A stretch of 17,876 bases of DNA from Nitrosomonas europaea (lineage in GTDB: Bacteria > Pseudomonadota > Gammaproteobacteria > Burkholderiales > Nitrosomonadaceae): the NCBI RefSeq assembly GCF_900167395.1, contig NZ_FUWK01000048.1, positions 1-17,876 of the forward strand, read 5' to 3'. Each line of letters begins with the position of its first letter. Within the stretch, counting starts at the first letter, position 1. Of the stretch, positions 17,572 to 17,876 are shown piece after piece. The position numbers were made by a program, and so were the translations under genes. The notes beneath the pieces are model-generated. The model had not been told where the DNA came from. It ran no database searches and saw nothing but the letters and a program-made list of their open reading frames with translations.

Positions 17572-17876
17572 AACGTTGAAAAGTCATTTTTGTCCAACGA
17601 GCTGGAACATCAATAGAGGGAGGGCACGATTATGAAAGCCTCTGATTTTCGGGAATGGGTTGGAAAAATAACGCAACTTAGCCGCGGTCAGAAAGAGCAG
17701 ACCAAACATAAGCTTGGTGGAATGGTGCCACGAATCGAGGTGGCGAAGTGGCTTGAAAGTTCTTTTGAGCCGATTTGTCCGGTTTGCCAATCGAATCATT
17801 TTTATCGCTGGGGATATCAGGCGGGATTACAGCGTTTCTACTGCCGCATGTGCAAGCACACGTTTACAGCTATATC
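17572..17876 (+). mobile_element. Partial IS1595-family-like insertion sequence (left end and 5' part of the transposase gene); continues beyond the window end
   Basis: A transposase-type zinc-ribbon ORF starts at 17632, and the neighbouring PAS-LuxR reading frame ends abruptly at about 17569-17571. The exact terminal inverted repeat is not identifiable from one end only. Confidence 0.6.
17632..17876 (+). CDS. IS1595-family-like transposase, N-terminal zinc-ribbon part (partial; not in the supplied ORF track because it has no stop in the window)
   Basis: Hand translation gives MKASDFREWVGKITQLSRGQKEQTKHKLGGMVPRIEVAKWLESSFEPICPVCQSNHFYRWGYQAGLQRFYCRMCKHTFTAI... It has a CX2C-X18-CX2C motif with the 'GLQRYRCxxCxxTFnA' pattern typical of this transposase class. 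A GAGGGAGGG RBS lies 8 nt upstream. Confidence 0.75.
   Translation, partial: MKASDFREWVGKITQLSRGQKEQTKHKLGGMVPRIEVAKWLESSFEPICPVCQSNHFYRWGYQAGLQRFYCRMCKHTFTAI

Noticed and set aside
17575-17603. Partial resemblance between the sequence at the right-hand IS boundary (TTGAAAAGTCATTTTTGTCCAACG) and the IS3 terminal region (TTGAAAAAAGTGGAGTCCAACG, minus strand of about 437..458).
   Set aside because: Only the short flanks TTGAAAA and GTCCAACG are shared and the middle differs. The transposases are unrelated. It is most likely coincidence and cannot be tested without a genome-wide search.
1-17876. The idea that the two flanking IS copies define a composite transposon or genomic island carrying a novel system.
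   Set aside because: The two elements belong to different families (IS3 versus IS1595-like). The intervening DNA is dominated by universally conserved core genes (der-bamB-hisS-ispG-rlmN-ndk, dnaQ-rnhA-gloB) in their usual proteobacterial order. No defence, toxin-antitoxin, secretion or biosynthetic cluster signature was seen.
1-17876. A search for CRISPR arrays, tRNA/rRNA/tmRNA genes and recognisable riboswitches.
   Set aside because: There are no regularly spaced direct repeats and no cloverleaf-like or rRNA-like segments in the few intergenic regions. All intergenic gaps apart from those discussed are under 60 bp.

Overview
This 17.9 kb chromosomal window is almost entirely conserved housekeeping genes, with a partial insertion sequence at each edge. 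It is probably from a Nitrosomonas europaea-type ammonia oxidiser. The 136-aa protein at 10220..10630 carries the exact ligand set and spacing of the red copper protein nitrosocyanin. After an AQA|EH signal cleavage the mature protein is 112 aa with Glu60, Cys95, His98 and His103.

Gene order, left to right:
- Partial IS3-family element on the minus strand: orfA, an A7 frameshift site and the start of orfB.
- The conserved minus-strand block der, bamB, yfgM, hisS, ispG, rodZ, pilW, rlmN, ndk.
- Monocistronic nitrosocyanin (ncyA, minus) with its own intrinsic terminator.
- A 432-bp divergent control region.
- A class-III (PatA/ArgD-like) aminotransferase (plus).
- A 140-bp imperfect palindrome that exactly fills the gap between convergent stop codons.
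- dnaQ, rnhA and a yafS-like methyltransferase (minus).
- gloB (plus).
- A cytoplasmic CPGC redoxin (minus).
- A small secreted coiled-coil protein (plus).
- A PAS-LuxR regulator (minus) whose 5' end appears cut off by an IS1595-family element. The transposase ORF of that element (17632..17876, plus) runs off the window and is absent from the ORF track.

I found no CRISPR array, no tRNA or rRNA gene, and no convincing multi-gene defence or other novel system. The observations most worth a second look are:
- A pair of Fur-box-like sites overlapping a TTGACA-N17-TAGACT promoter aimed at nitrosocyanin.
- The intergenic palindromic element.
- The IS-truncated regulator.
- A few orphan or structured intergenic segments near 16.1-17.0 kb.

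All similarity statements come from reading the translations by eye. No database search was run.
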